NCBI RefSeq assembly: GCF_018977255.1
Contig: NW_024705146.1
Location: forward strand, 1-64,000
Reading direction: 5' to 3'
Origin: Callorhinchus milii
Lineage: Eukaryota
DNA length: 64,000 nt
Shown: piece by piece, positions 36,560 through 48,544 of the stretch
How the letters are laid out: each line of letters opens with the position of its first letter
Position numbering within the stretch: position 1 is the stretch's first letter
The notes under the pieces: model-generated
What the model was told of the DNA's origin: nothing
Databases searched by the model: none
The model's input: the letters and a program-made list of their open reading frames with translations, nothing else
Made by a program: the position numbers and the translations under genes

Positions 36560-39105
36560 AACGAGCGTGGCCCCTCCGAGAAGAAGACGAAGGACAAGAA
36601 GATGAAAGCCGTTCCGTCATCCTCGGTCCGTCTGTAGACAGTGCCGTCGGTGGGTCTGCGGGTGTCAGGCGCTGGAAACCTGCAGAAGAAACAACAGAAT
36701 CCTGCTGAATTGCACCCTCCGCGACTCTTCGCCTTGGCTCGCCGGACACATCAGACACCTGCACTCAGGTGGTGGGGATGAAGTGACATCACAAGGTGGA
36801 AAATAGGGTTTCAGCCGCGACGGATGCTCAAACCAGCGCCTGCGACCGACCTGGATATGCACGCACTGCGGCCTCCTCACCTCGATCACCTTAACTGGGT
36901 CCTGCCATGGCCGGTGCAATTTAGGGGATGTGCCCAGGGGCTCGTGGGGGCAATACAACCATGCCTTGTTCCCATGGGTCTATGGGTTTCTGGATTCACG
37001 GAGTCCCACAAGCTTCTCATTGGCGGCCTGCTGTTTGGCCGAATTTTTCCGAGACGCCTCCCGTGCTTCTGTCAGCTGTCTGATCGTAAGCTGCATGGGC
37101 ATGGGCACAGCAACCTTCTTTTTGCCCAGGTCCATGACAAACTGAGCCTCCATGGCGGGATCACATTCCCTCCCATACATGAGGAAAAAGGGGGAGAACC
37201 CTATTGAGGCGTGAGGCGCCATCCTATATGCGGCCAGAACACCTGGAACCTGCAAATCCAGTCGGACTGTGCCTTGTTAACCTGTTGGCACAGCATGGAC
37301 GTGTAATGCGAGAGCGCCATCTAATGGGCAGAATGGGGTAGCCGCACGGCCACCACCGGGTAGCGGGTATTGAATCCCAAGCGGGGATATATCTGGGCCA
37401 AAGGTAATGGGCGGAGTCAAAGGGGAACGTTCGGGAACCATCGAGAAGGTTCCAACAGGGAGCGTGGCTAGAGGCGGAGCTTAGCTCCGCCGTAAGGGAT
37501 ATAAGCACTCAGGGGTCGGTGTGTGAAGCTTCAGTCCGGACTGCGTCGCTGCACAAGCCTCTCCCCGTCACCGACCATGTGGCGAACCCAGTGAGGCTCG
37601 TTCCTCCCGGCATGCCGCCAGCCAGCGGCGGGATCGGGAGTGGAAGAGAGGCAAACAGAGAGAATGACTCGTCCCCAGCCACAGAAAGAGAAGGGAAACA
37701 TATGGGGAGAGCGGAAATGAGCTGTGCAAGAATTCTATCAATAAAAGACGCCAGTAAAGATCGTCGTGGAAGTCGTTTATTACATAAGAGTCCTGTGCAA
37801 GCGCTCTACCATCCCGGATGGTAGAGCGACGTCCAGATCTTTTTATTACCCAGAGAGTTGCACACCTCCTTTAACAATTTAGAAAAAAAATTACGAGCTT
37901 GGTCTGTAAGGAGACGTTCCCGGGGCCCCCTTGTCTAAAACGTACCCATGTAGGAATGCGTCCGCGATGGACACGGCCGACTGATCTGGCAAAGGCTATG
38001 CCACCGGCCACAGGGACAGGTACTCCACCCCGACAAGAAGAAATGTATTTCGCCTCTAAGTGGCGGGAAATGGGCCGAGGGACACCTTGATAGATTGCAA
38101 CGATGGCCAGGCCTGACTTGGCGGGGGCTTTCGGCGAGCACACTTCACACAACCTTTGACCATGTTGTACACATCCTCTGACATTCCGGGCCAAAATAAG
38201 TCGCGCTTCAGGGTCAACAAGGTTTTCTGCACCCCAAGGTGCATTAACTTCACATGGACAGCCCGTGTAACTCTACTCGGCAGAACAGTTGGCACAACGA
38301 TGCAGTAACGCTGCACTTCCTCATCTCACCTCATCAACTATGAGAGACATTCCCACTGGCACCTTTTTACCACCCCTCGTTCTGATGCGATGCTGTAACT
38401 TCAACATGTGCATGAGACAATCATGTTGTCACAGGGAGCGGTTGCCGCGGATTGTGGAACATCAACCGACGCTACAACAGTGCACGGCAATCCTGCAGCC
38501 GCAGGTTTACATCGGCCGGCACCCATCATACACGCATAGCGGTCCCTCGGCGGTAATCACGACAATGCGTCCGCATTACAGTGACATGCACCTTTCCTGT
38601 AGGTGACCGTGAAGGAATAATCTTGCAAAATTTCTAACCAGCGGGAGAGCTGGCCGGATGGCTGGTCAACCTGCAACGTATATTGAAGAGCTGCATGGTC
38701 CGTGCGCACAAGGAATTGCCTACCATAAAGGGACGGTCTGTACTGCAGTACAAAATGCACAATAGCCAACCATTTGAGGCGCGTTACACAATAACGCTGC
38801 TCTGCAGGGGACAGCACACGGCTTCCATAAGATACGACCTTCTCTACTCCGTTCACTACCAGCGACAGTACAGCGCCGATTCCGGTGTCGCTGGCGTCTG
38901 TATCCAACACAAATGGCAGAGAGAAATCGGGGTACCCAAGGGGAAGCGCGTTGGCGAGGCCATCGCGCAGCGCGACAAACGCAGCCTTCTCTTCCGCCCA
39001 TCAAAATTTCTGGCCCTTTGCGGTGAGGGCTTGGAGCGGTTTAGCGATCGTCGCAAACTTGGGTACGAAGAGGCGATAGTATGATGTGAACCCGCCAAAA
39101 CTGCG
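36560..39105 (-). mobile_element. Third Gypsy remnant (RT C-terminus, RNase H, integrase) inside the tRNA array
   Basis: LDTDASDTGIGAVLS...TDHAALQY...NADALS; HLGVQKT...CVKCARRK; YRMAPHASIGFSPFFLMYGRE; PKLHRPWQDP. Confidence 0.92.
37302..37784 (+). mobile_element. Lone LTR inserted in the Gypsy integrase
   Basis: TGTAATGCGAG...TTTATTACA termini (same ends as the solo LTR at 6801-7271), TATA-like GATATAAG at ~37498, AATAAA at ~37740; integrase sequence resumes on both sides. Confidence 0.78.
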
Positions 39106-39194
39106 GAATCAACCCATATATTAAATTAACTCCATGATCATCTTTGGATATTCATGAAAAATGGGAAAGTCAGGAGCCTAAGAAACACAGAAAA

Positions 39195-40410
39195 TGTCCC
39201 TGTTCCCAGACGACCTGCTTGTCAGTTTTGATGTGGTTTCCTTATTCACCAAAGTTCCTGTACCTGACACCATCGCAATCATTGAAGACTTGGTTCATCA
39301 AGGACTGAATACTGAGGTACCCCCCTGGTGAGACACTGCTTAACTAATACATGCTTCACATGGAATGGAACTTTCTACAAACAAACTGAGGGCACCCCAA
39401 TGGGATCCCCCCTATATCCGGTTGTAGCCAACGTTTTCATGGAGAAATTTGAGACTGACGCCATCCAGACTGCCACTCTACGCCCGACCTTATGGAAGAG
39501 GTACGTAGATGACACTTTTGTCATCTGGCCACATGGCCGGCCTGCTTTAGACCAATTCCTCGACCACATCAATTCCATACACCCAGCCATCAGATTCACC
39601 ATGGAAGTCGAAAAAGATGGCAAGCTACCCTTTTTGGATGTCCTAATTAAAAGGAGACCTGATGGTTCAATGAGCCACTCTGTCTACAGGAAAGCTTCCC
39701 ATACGGATGCTTACCTAAAACCGGATTCCCACCACCATCCATCCCAGAAGAATTCCCTCATCAAGACTCTACACCATAGAGCGTAATGCATCTCTGACCA
39801 GGAACACATTACCAGTGAACTCAAGCACGTACGCCAAGCTCTTAAGGCTAATGGTTACTCCGACTACACAATCCGCAAAGCCATCACTCCAACCATCAAG
39901 AAGGATCCGGTTGAGGAGCCATTCAAAAGCATCACCTTACCCTACATTGCGGGGGTCACAAATAAGATCTCCAAAATCCTGAATTAACACAAGATCCAGG
40001 TCCGATTCAACACAGTACATAAAATCCGTGATCTGGTCCCGTCTGTAAAATATGTGGTTCCAGACATACAGTACCCTGGCGTCTACAAACTAAGTTGCCT
40101 CTGTGGTAGCAGTTACACTGGAGAAACCAAACGACATGTCTCGGACCACATCCGTGAACATAAAGCAGACCTGAAACACGGCAGGACAAACACCTCAGCC
40201 GTGGCAGATCACTGTTACAATTCAGTGGGCTCACATGACATTGACTTCACCAAGACAGAGGTTCTCTGCAAGCCATCTGGCTACCATTAGAGATTCGTTC
40301 ATGAGGCGATCCACATATACAAACACAGAGACAATTTCAACCGAGAAGATGGATTCTGGCTCAGCAATCATTGGAAGGACGTAATAAAACCATTTCGGAT
40401 CTTAACTGAT
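39195..40410 (+). pseudogene. Penelope RT + GIY-YIG endonuclease, disrupted
   Basis: ORF fragments 39328-39786 and 40054-40290 with stops and frameshifts between and after them. Confidence 0.9.
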
Positions 40411-41278
40411 TTTGTTCACGTTTACGGTGACTTTCAGACCACAGTCCACTCACTGTCATTGACTTATATATTTTGTATTCTCCGCAGGGAATGGAGTCTT
40501 TGCTCCGCTGCAAGTCTCCTACACCACTCTCCCATTGACATATTTCGTTGCTTCCTCTTATTACCTTTCACGGGACGGTCAATGGTATAGTGTATAGCAG
40601 ATTGTATAATAATAAATAGTATAAAAGTGTAATGTTTAATATAATGTATAAGGTAATATAGTATCGTAATTGTATTGTGAATATACAGCAGTGTGGTATA
40701 CAGTAGGTTAGGTAGAATAATACATAGTGTAATATTACAATGTATAGTCTAAGGTGGTATATAATAACGCAGTATATAATTTAATGTTGGCTTTATCTAT
40801 GGCAGTATATAGTACGGGGTAGATCCGTGTGATGTAAGGAAAAAGTTTAGCTGGAGGCATATTATATTTTTTGCGACAAAGAATTGTAATGTATGACGTA
40901 GCTCAGCTTATTGGAGAGTATATTTAGTAAATTTATGATATTGATATAGTATTTATTTTAGTTTTTTTACGTGGTGGTTTGGCTGCTACAGCTCCTTACT
41001 ATTAAAATTCCTTCCCTTTATTACTGCTAACCCTACCTCCTCCCTTTGTTGCTGCTAATCCTACATAATGCACGGGCATAATATGACTTTGAGACCCCCC
41101 CCCCCCGCTAATACGCATTCCACAAGTAGTGACTAATCCCATATCTGCATTTTCCATAAATATGCTAAATTACTCTGTTGATATGCAAATTACTCTTCCT
41201 CCCCTAACCCAGCTTAAATATACGCTGCCAAGCTTGGTGGTGTTCATTCAGACGCTGTTTTTCCGACAAACATGTTCT

Positions 41279-41321
41279 TCACCTGAGGACGGCTGCTTGC
41301 GTTGTGGCCGAAACGTCGTGA
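41279..41321 (+). ncRNA. Minimal type I hammerhead ribozyme motif in the Penelope pLTR
   Basis: TCAC-CTGAGGA-C-GGCTGC-TTGCGTT-GTGGCC-GAAA-CGTC-GTGA: helix I TCAC/GTGA, helix II with two G-U pairs, palindromic ACGT in place of helix III, GUC cleavage triplet ending at 41317. Confidence 0.72.
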
Positions 41322-41365
41322 GAATTGTATTATTGTATTATGTTTATTTTTAAATATTTTATATT

Positions 41366-41710
41366 AAATTCGCATGCTTGCTTGCTTGCGTGCTTGCGTG
41401 CTTGCTTGCTTGCTTACGACCGTGCAAATCTTTCGGTCGTTTTTTAACCCACTTCCCGTGATCCAATCGAGCTGACATTTTCCACACAGACTCGTTGTGC
41501 GTGACAATTAATTTTGTGAAATTTTTTCCAAAATTTTACACTGTTTAGGGAAAACAAATTAAATATTTAATTACCAATTGCTTAATACTGGCAGACAATC
41601 ATCTGACCCATAGATGGCAGCCATCTCAAGCCAGAGGACGAGAGGACTCTAGCCGCCACGCATATAAAGGATTTAGAGTGAAAAACTTTGTTTTTACGGG
41701 TTTACTTGTT
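41366..41710 (+). mobile_element. Helitron/HINE-like non-autonomous insertion in the Penelope pLTR
   Basis: (GCTT)n microsatellite near the start, CCAATCGAGCTGACATTTT motif; reverse-complement partial copy at 46374-46490; classification tentative. Confidence 0.5.
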
Positions 41711-41881
41711 ATAATTTTATTATCTCCCTTCTACGTGACTTAACCGAAAGAACCATAAGATGAATCCCTGTAGTCACGAAAGCTTTAAATCGAAATTTAA
41801 ACACAGAAAAGTCTCACTTACACGCAACTGAAAAAGATCAGTATTCATGCATCTCACGTAAAATCACACCAGACACACGAG

Positions 41882-41952
41882 GCATCGGTGGTTCAGTGGT
41901 AGAATTCTCGCCTGCCACGTGGGAGGCCTGGGTTCGATTCCCGGCCGAAGCA
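41882..41952 (+). tRNA. tRNA-Gly-GCC: tRNA-Gly(GCC) variant with three stem substitutions (possible pseudogene)
   Basis: Matches the intact copies except CGTGG, CCTGG and GAAGC; directly before the N gap. Confidence 0.8.
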
Positions 41953-41953
41953 C

Positions 41954-41983
41954 NNNNNNNNNNNNNNNNNNNNNNNNNNNNNN
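41954..41983. other. Assembly gap (30 N)
   Basis: Run of n. Confidence 1.
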
Positions 41984-44900
41984 CTTCACTTGCAGCGTAA
42001 TAGGACCCTGTCTTGCGTCAAATGGTGAGAGCTCGGAGCGAGAGAGTCCGTCCGGGTCACAAATTTGTTCTGTACTAACAATAAATCGACGCCAGACTAC
42101 TTTCTTTGCGAGGTCGGCTAAATACATTTTCCGTAGTTGAATACCACTGTTAGCCTGGACTTCTGAGGTTTGGGAGCCCGTCCTGCAAGCGGTTGTGCTC
42201 TCCTTATACGGGGTCATGACTAAGAATTCGTAACACTACATATATAATGGTGCGTTGAGGAGTCCGTCCTCAACTAGCTCCGTACGATTTCGACTCAATT
42301 CCGCTACTCGGTTGTACCATGCGCTCTTCTTTACACATAGTACGATAACTTCAGGAACGTCGGGCGAAATTTAGCACCCATATCTTTAACAACGAGACGG
42401 GCCTGCAAGTATAGAATGTGGCTTCGAATAGCGCATGGTTGGTAGGTTGACGTATGTGGCACTTACGTTTAATTAGTTCGGACTATGCCGATTGACTAAC
42501 ATGAGGAAGGAAGTCTTGTCACCGTTCCACTTCACCACTGCGCTCTATCCCATTAAATGAGGTAGACAAGCGAGTCTCCCACCCGTTGTTGAGCCCCTAG
42601 CATGAGATTACTCGACACTTGTCCAGGGACCCATCATTCAGGATCAACTGTCGTCTAGGAGCGAAGAGCACAACTTGAGCGTGTCGGTCGGTTAATAACG
42701 CCCGTCGGCAGGGCGTCGCACCATTTTCGTACACAAGCGATTCTTGACTAGGCTAATGATTAACGCTTCATTGAAGGTAATTGAGCCGTCTCGTCGTCAC
42801 GGGGTACGCGCTTTCTGAAAGCCTCCTTTTCGTAGGCCACCGCTGCCATAGGACTTAAGACTATACTTGGAAGACCATTCATCTGCCAGGGAGGTAGACA
42901 AATCGGTGAAATGAGAGTATGACCTACTACAGGCATTTTGTGTACTACCGTTAGAAAAAGACATGCAGGTATCGTTATGTTAATCGAGACAAATTGTAGC
43001 GACTAAGCGTAAGGCGACCTATCACTTTGCTGGATCGAATTAAAATGAAGGCCTCGTCAAGTATTGCAGTTGTTCCCCGGCTACGCGCATAGACGAGTCC
43101 CGCTTGGCCTGGAAGACGTCCAGACATGATATCCTGTCCGATCAACTAAAGCCCGAGTAGGGCATGGCCTGATTGGTACTCGGTCTTAGGATTCTTTCTT
43201 ACATACATCCGTTTTACAGAACCGCCAGAAAAGGAGCTCTTTTAAAAGGCTGACCCGATCTCGTCCGATGAGCAGAACCCGACCTATTACCGTTGAGTTC
43301 AGAAACCCTGAATAGGGCGTTTAGGCACACCAACGGTAGAACGACTATAACTCGGTTTAGGCCCTCAACGAACAACTGTGCCCGTAACACTCTCTTAACG
43401 TAACTGTCCTCTGCATTAAGATAAGCCATACGGATCGCCGGGCGGAGGTGGGTACCGGGACGTACGAGAAGCGGCTACATTTTGACAACTTGAAACGCCA
43501 AGAGCTTGTGTGCGAAACGTAATGCTGCGGCCTCTCGGTCCGATAATACCCTACTACCCGCTGTCATTTGCCCTTTAATCCGTTATAAAGGTTGGGCTTA
43601 AGCCATAGGCGCACTCCAGTAATACCTACCAGGGGCATCCTATGCCCATTATGCGCCGGTGCATTTCTATTTCCGAACCGAACCAAGTTACTCTTAAAAT
43701 GGCATGTTACCTCCGAAGCTTTGGGCACCGCGGCACCAGCACTGCTAATAGACATTTTTAACCACAATGGGCTGACTGTCAAACGGGGCCTCCGTGTGGA
43801 CCTTCCTAGCGCTGGGCCCAGGTAACGTTCGGTCGATACACGTGTAGGGGCTGGCGGTGGAACCCTTATTGATCGAACAATGGTAATTTCCTGGTACAGG
43901 GTCCAAGTTAGGGCCTACAATTGTCTCTGAAAACGTCGCACTGCCAGCAGCGAACTGAATCAGAAACCCTTCGCTCTGATCGTTCCACGAGCGATGCCCT
44001 GGGAATGCCAGTAATACCGGTTTTACAAAAACACATACTGTGCTAAGGTCCTATTGGTTATGACCTGTGATTGGCAGGATCATTACCAGTTTCACGTTGG
44101 CTGATCATATCGGCCAGCTTTCAGACCAAGTACAACATCCAGAGCTTTCGTCTGACAGATGAGAGTCACACGCTGAAGGAGGAGGTCAAGTGAGGGAACT
44201 CTACTCCGTTCGATTTATCACCCCTCTGGCGCTATCAGTTTTCCCGTGGAAAGATCCCAAACAGCCGTGAAGGCGGACAAATCTCGGACAAGCGCCTACT
44301 AGCGACAGTGTATCTCGCGGAACGAATCAGGAGTACCTGTCTGGTGTAAGTGTGTGGTATATCTAGTTGTACAAGTCGTGTCACTGTATCTGGCTATTGA
44401 GCTTCTCACAGGAGCCTGATATCGAAGCGTGCGCAGCCTTTCCTGGAACTCGGGGGAATTGTATATGGAATGAATGAAACCGCTATATCGCTTCCGCCGG
44501 TGCAACGGCAGTCAATTGGAAGTCTACTTAGCTCGGGAGGGACAGACGCCCTTACGCTTACCATGTGGGTTCTATGTTCGAACGGAGATTGTAATCCCCA
44601 GTAGCTGAGATGTTTTACCCTCGGGTTTGCTCGAGAGAACGTTATACGGTGAGCCCTTCCGTGCGTTGCCCATTTGCGCGTGTATTGCCTTGTTGGCGGC
44701 TTGCAAGTCTTAACAGAATCCCTTCCACTAGATGTTAGTTTGTCCCCCCTTTAGTCATGCAGGCAGGCTCAGCGCATCACGGCCCGCAGCTTATCTCAGA
44801 CAACATTATGCGGGTTGGGTCTGGTGGTGCCCCACATACTAAGTTGATGCTCCCAGCCCTATCATGATACGGGATTAACGTGTATAAAGGAAAGAAAAAA

Positions 44901-46373
44901 AGACCGCCCGTGTGGTATGCGTAGAGCCGAAATCGCAAAGAGCAGACGTCTTGATGGGCACCGTCGACAGACGGGCGATACTAATACTCCAGCGAGCTTA
45001 TTCCATACTAGACCTTAGGATAAGCTAGGGCATACCCACGGTGATGGTCGTGAGAGAAATGACCATACGAGCAATCAACCAATGAATGAGTGCCTGCATA
45101 TTGGCTAACGGCCGAAGCTTCTTGTGCTGGCCATGGAAAGATAATGTTTCATACCATGGGCACCGAAACGGTGGCAGTAGTGAGCGTGTATATAATTACG
45201 ATGACCATAATCCACGGGAGCCGTGAATATCAAAGAGTTCCGTTACTATGTGTTGTGATTGTGAGGTACCTAAAACGCCTGGAAAAGTCACATCGCTCCA
45301 CAGCGAAGCGAACACTTCGCCCTAGTAGCCTATGTTACGCGGCTCATGATAGGTTGCCTCCCGCCCCACGCCACCCCCATTTTCCCCTGGTTAGCCCACA
45401 CGTGACGGTGCAGGTAGAAAATGCTGGAGTGACACAGTGCCTGACGGTTCAGTATTTGGCTCATCGCAACTGCATCGCGGACTAAGCTGCCAGATCTCTT
45501 AATGAAAATCTTTGAGTTAGAGATAACGGTTGTCCACTGGGCTGGTGCCCACCTGGGTGTTGTCATAGGCCACCTCCTTACGGCTACACTCGTCTATGCG
45601 CTGGAGTGGGGTTTGGTGGTAGCCATGCGTAATTACATGTGGGAGGCTCGAATACTTCGGTAAAATGCAAACCACGCTTATCACGTATACTTTAGGCAGA
45701 CATGACCAATAGCAGTACCCCTAGGACCAAGTACGAGTACGTATTGTCTGTGTTCCGCAAGGAAGGATCCGAGGGGGCCTGCGCAGTGTCGCCCACCCAA
45801 AGTGGTTCTACGCCGAATAAAATCGGGCCGTAGGCCGTGATCGCACTGAGGAATTTCAAACATGTGGGTATAACGAAATAGCTTCCAACGTCAAAAAGGG
45901 TCGTCGAAGATTGCTTAACGATATAACTAGTACAGGGTTCAATGGTGCCCTCCAAGACTCAAGTCCACTTCTTAAAATGATCTTATCCTATATATCCTCT
46001 TGTTTCGAATCGTGTCCCTCACGGGTAAGCGTGATATTCGAGTACTACACAACGGCACGTTAATCCAAGGTGGCAGAGTAGTACCATAGCATTTACAGCT
46101 TGGGCCAGCCCTAAAAAATTCTCCTCCCATATCTTCCCATCCTGTCCATCTCTTAGAATGCCGGGGTCCACTCTTCACAGACCATATTCAATAGGCTCTA
46201 GGAGCGCTTTGCCGGACAATAGAAAAGTTCCCCAAACTCTTTATTGACGCCCCAAACCGAGGTGTTCTAGCGGGGTATGTGACAATAAGCCTGTGACAAC
46301 CCATTTACTATAGGCCGTCTGTGTGTAGGTGACGCGACTATCTTGTGCCGATAAACACTCCCACAGCTCAGGG
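41984..46373. other. Featureless random-like sequence of non-host character
   Basis: ~50% GC by sampling, CpG and TpA both common, no repeats, microsatellites or recognisable ORFs; abrupt return to a host repeat at 46374. Confidence 0.8.
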
Positions 46374-47279
46374 CGCACAACGAGTCTGTGTGCAAAATGT
46401 CAGCTCGATTGGATCACGGGAAGTGGGTTAAAAAACGAGCGAAAGATTTGCACGGTCCTAAGCAAGCACGCAAGCAAGCGAACTTAATATAAAGGATTTA
46501 AAAATATATCTTTTTTAACTTCTTAACGGCTCTAATTGTCCACGATCAACTGACGTTGCCTGTAAATCACCGCGGTCCCTTACGTCACGGCAAGCCTTGG
46601 GGAGCCACGCCCAGGGGCGGGGCATGTGGGAGGGGAGGGGCGATGAGAAGGGGGCAGGGGCAGCTCGGACAGTACATTTCATTCAAGCGTGTTTAAAAAA
46701 AAGTATTTAAAATATTTTATTTTAACTGTCTGTTGTCATTTTTGTCATATTCTCAAATCTTGTAACTCAATTTTAACCAACTTCCCAATGTGGTATCGAC
46801 TGCAAACTTGGTATACTTATGTCATACTGATGACAATACTATATTCTTTCATTATAAAATATATATTTTAAACATTCTTTTTTATATGTTATGTTTCGGT
46901 CTAATTGTCCCCACAGTCAACTAACGTTGGCTATAATTGGCCAAGGTCCCTTACGTTGTGGCAAGCTTCGGGGCCATTTCCTGGAGTCGTGGAGTTCTGC
47001 CATTACTAGTACATTTCATAAAAGCATGTATGAAAAACAAGTGTTTTTCTTAATTATTTATTTATAGTCAAAATCGCCAAATTTGCAGAGCTTCGCTGCA
47101 AGTACAGGGAGAGACGAGAGGTGAGGCAGCGACACGCTCAGCCTCCCCTCAGACACTGGATGGACCGCGGGCACTAAGGGCTTGCCTGTTACTATCTCAA
47201 CATGTCACCAATGGAATGTTTGTAGACCCTTTCATTACATGTCCTCGCCTTCCATAGTCCAGGTAACTGAGTTCAAGTA

Positions 47280-48078
47280 CAGTAGAACCTCTGGTCACGA
47301 CCATAATTCGTTCCATAACTTTGGTCGCAACCCGATTTGGTCGTGACTCAAACCTAATTTCCCCATTGGATTGTATGTAAATATGATTAATCCATTCCAG
47401 ACTCCTACGAACTGTATATAAAGTTTTTAAAAAAATTTAAGGACAAAAATAGTTAATTATGCCATAGAATTCATTGTAATAGTAAACTAAATGTAAAAAC
47501 ATTGCATAACACTGAGAAAACCTTGAAAAACAGAGAAAACTGACAAGGTTTAGAATTGTTCAACAAGATTACTGTTTCGTCTGCTACATCAGTCCGGTCG
47601 ATTCTGAGAGAGCATATTCGTATGAGCAATTTATGTTTCTATTGAAAGTTAACAGTAATATTTGGGTACAGTATTGTTTTGGAAGCATTCACCGTAATAT
47701 CGTATGAACGTTTACTTCACCGCATCATCGTATTAATGATGCGAGAAGAGATTAACGGGTTCTTATGTTAGCGATTGATGTACTCAGCGCTTTCGCTCTC
47801 TAAACTATGGCTTGAATGAGGAAGGAGGGGTATGACTACACTTACAAAATGTATACATATCTTACTAGGAATTTTATATTACAAAAGATATATACATAAC
47901 TGTTACGCTTTGTGTAATTCAACAACAAAAATGGCGCGGAAGGGGAAATCGGCCGCGGCCGTGTTTGATCTCCACCCGAGTATGTGTTCGTGACCAGATT
48001 AAATAAACTGTTGTAAATGTTTTGGTCGAAACCCAATTTGGTCGTGGTCAGAAGCATTCGCGACCAGAGGTTCTACTG
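47280..48078. mobile_element. pogo/Tigger-like MITE
   Basis: TIRs CAGTAGAACCTCTGGTC / GACCAGAGGTTCTACTG, TA TSD. Confidence 0.88.
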
Positions 48079-48544
48079 TATGTGCATAAAGATACGTAGG
48101 CTCGCTGGTCTCGTCATGAAAGTGCAATGAAAAAGCACCAGGGGAGGCAGCTATCACATCTGCCTCACTGAGGGGGGTGGGCGTGTCAGACACACCGGTG
48201 AGGCCACGCCCCCAGTGCCTCCCCAGCCACTGACCTCATGCCATGTCACTGGCTCCCATCCATCGCGTTCAGTGTTAATTACCGAGGCTCACAGAGCAAG
48301 ACTAAGGCTCCCATAGGCTTCAGTGTGAATCACTGAGGCTCACAAGAGCCAGATGAAGGCTCCCATAGGGTTCAGTGTGAAACACAACGAAGCTCCTGGT
48401 GAGATATCTACCCAACCAACAGATCCACCAAGACTGGCCGCTCTTACCCTGCAGGTTGAACCTAAGATTTCAATGTTCTACTTCACGTTATTTTCATTAA
48501 AGGCCTGTGACAAAGGTGCATCTATTGGGCGCGACATCTCAAGC

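Larger units (their letters stand above)
39195..41798 (+). mobile_element. Penelope-like retroelement, 5'-truncated, 12-bp TSD
   Basis: RT LVSFDVVSLFT, QTEGTPMGSPL, YVDD; GIY-YIG GVYKLSCLCGSSYTGETKR; 3' repeat with HHR; AAACACAGAAAA at 39183-39194 and 41799-41810. Confidence 0.92.

Noticed and set aside
41984-46373. ORFs, hairpin or hidden code/array in the random-like region (e.g. ORF 45090-45485, hairpin 42254-42274, de Bruijn-type design)
   Set aside because: ORF lengths and repeats match chance expectation, repeated 10-11-mers exclude a de Bruijn sequence, and I found no periodic motif by eye
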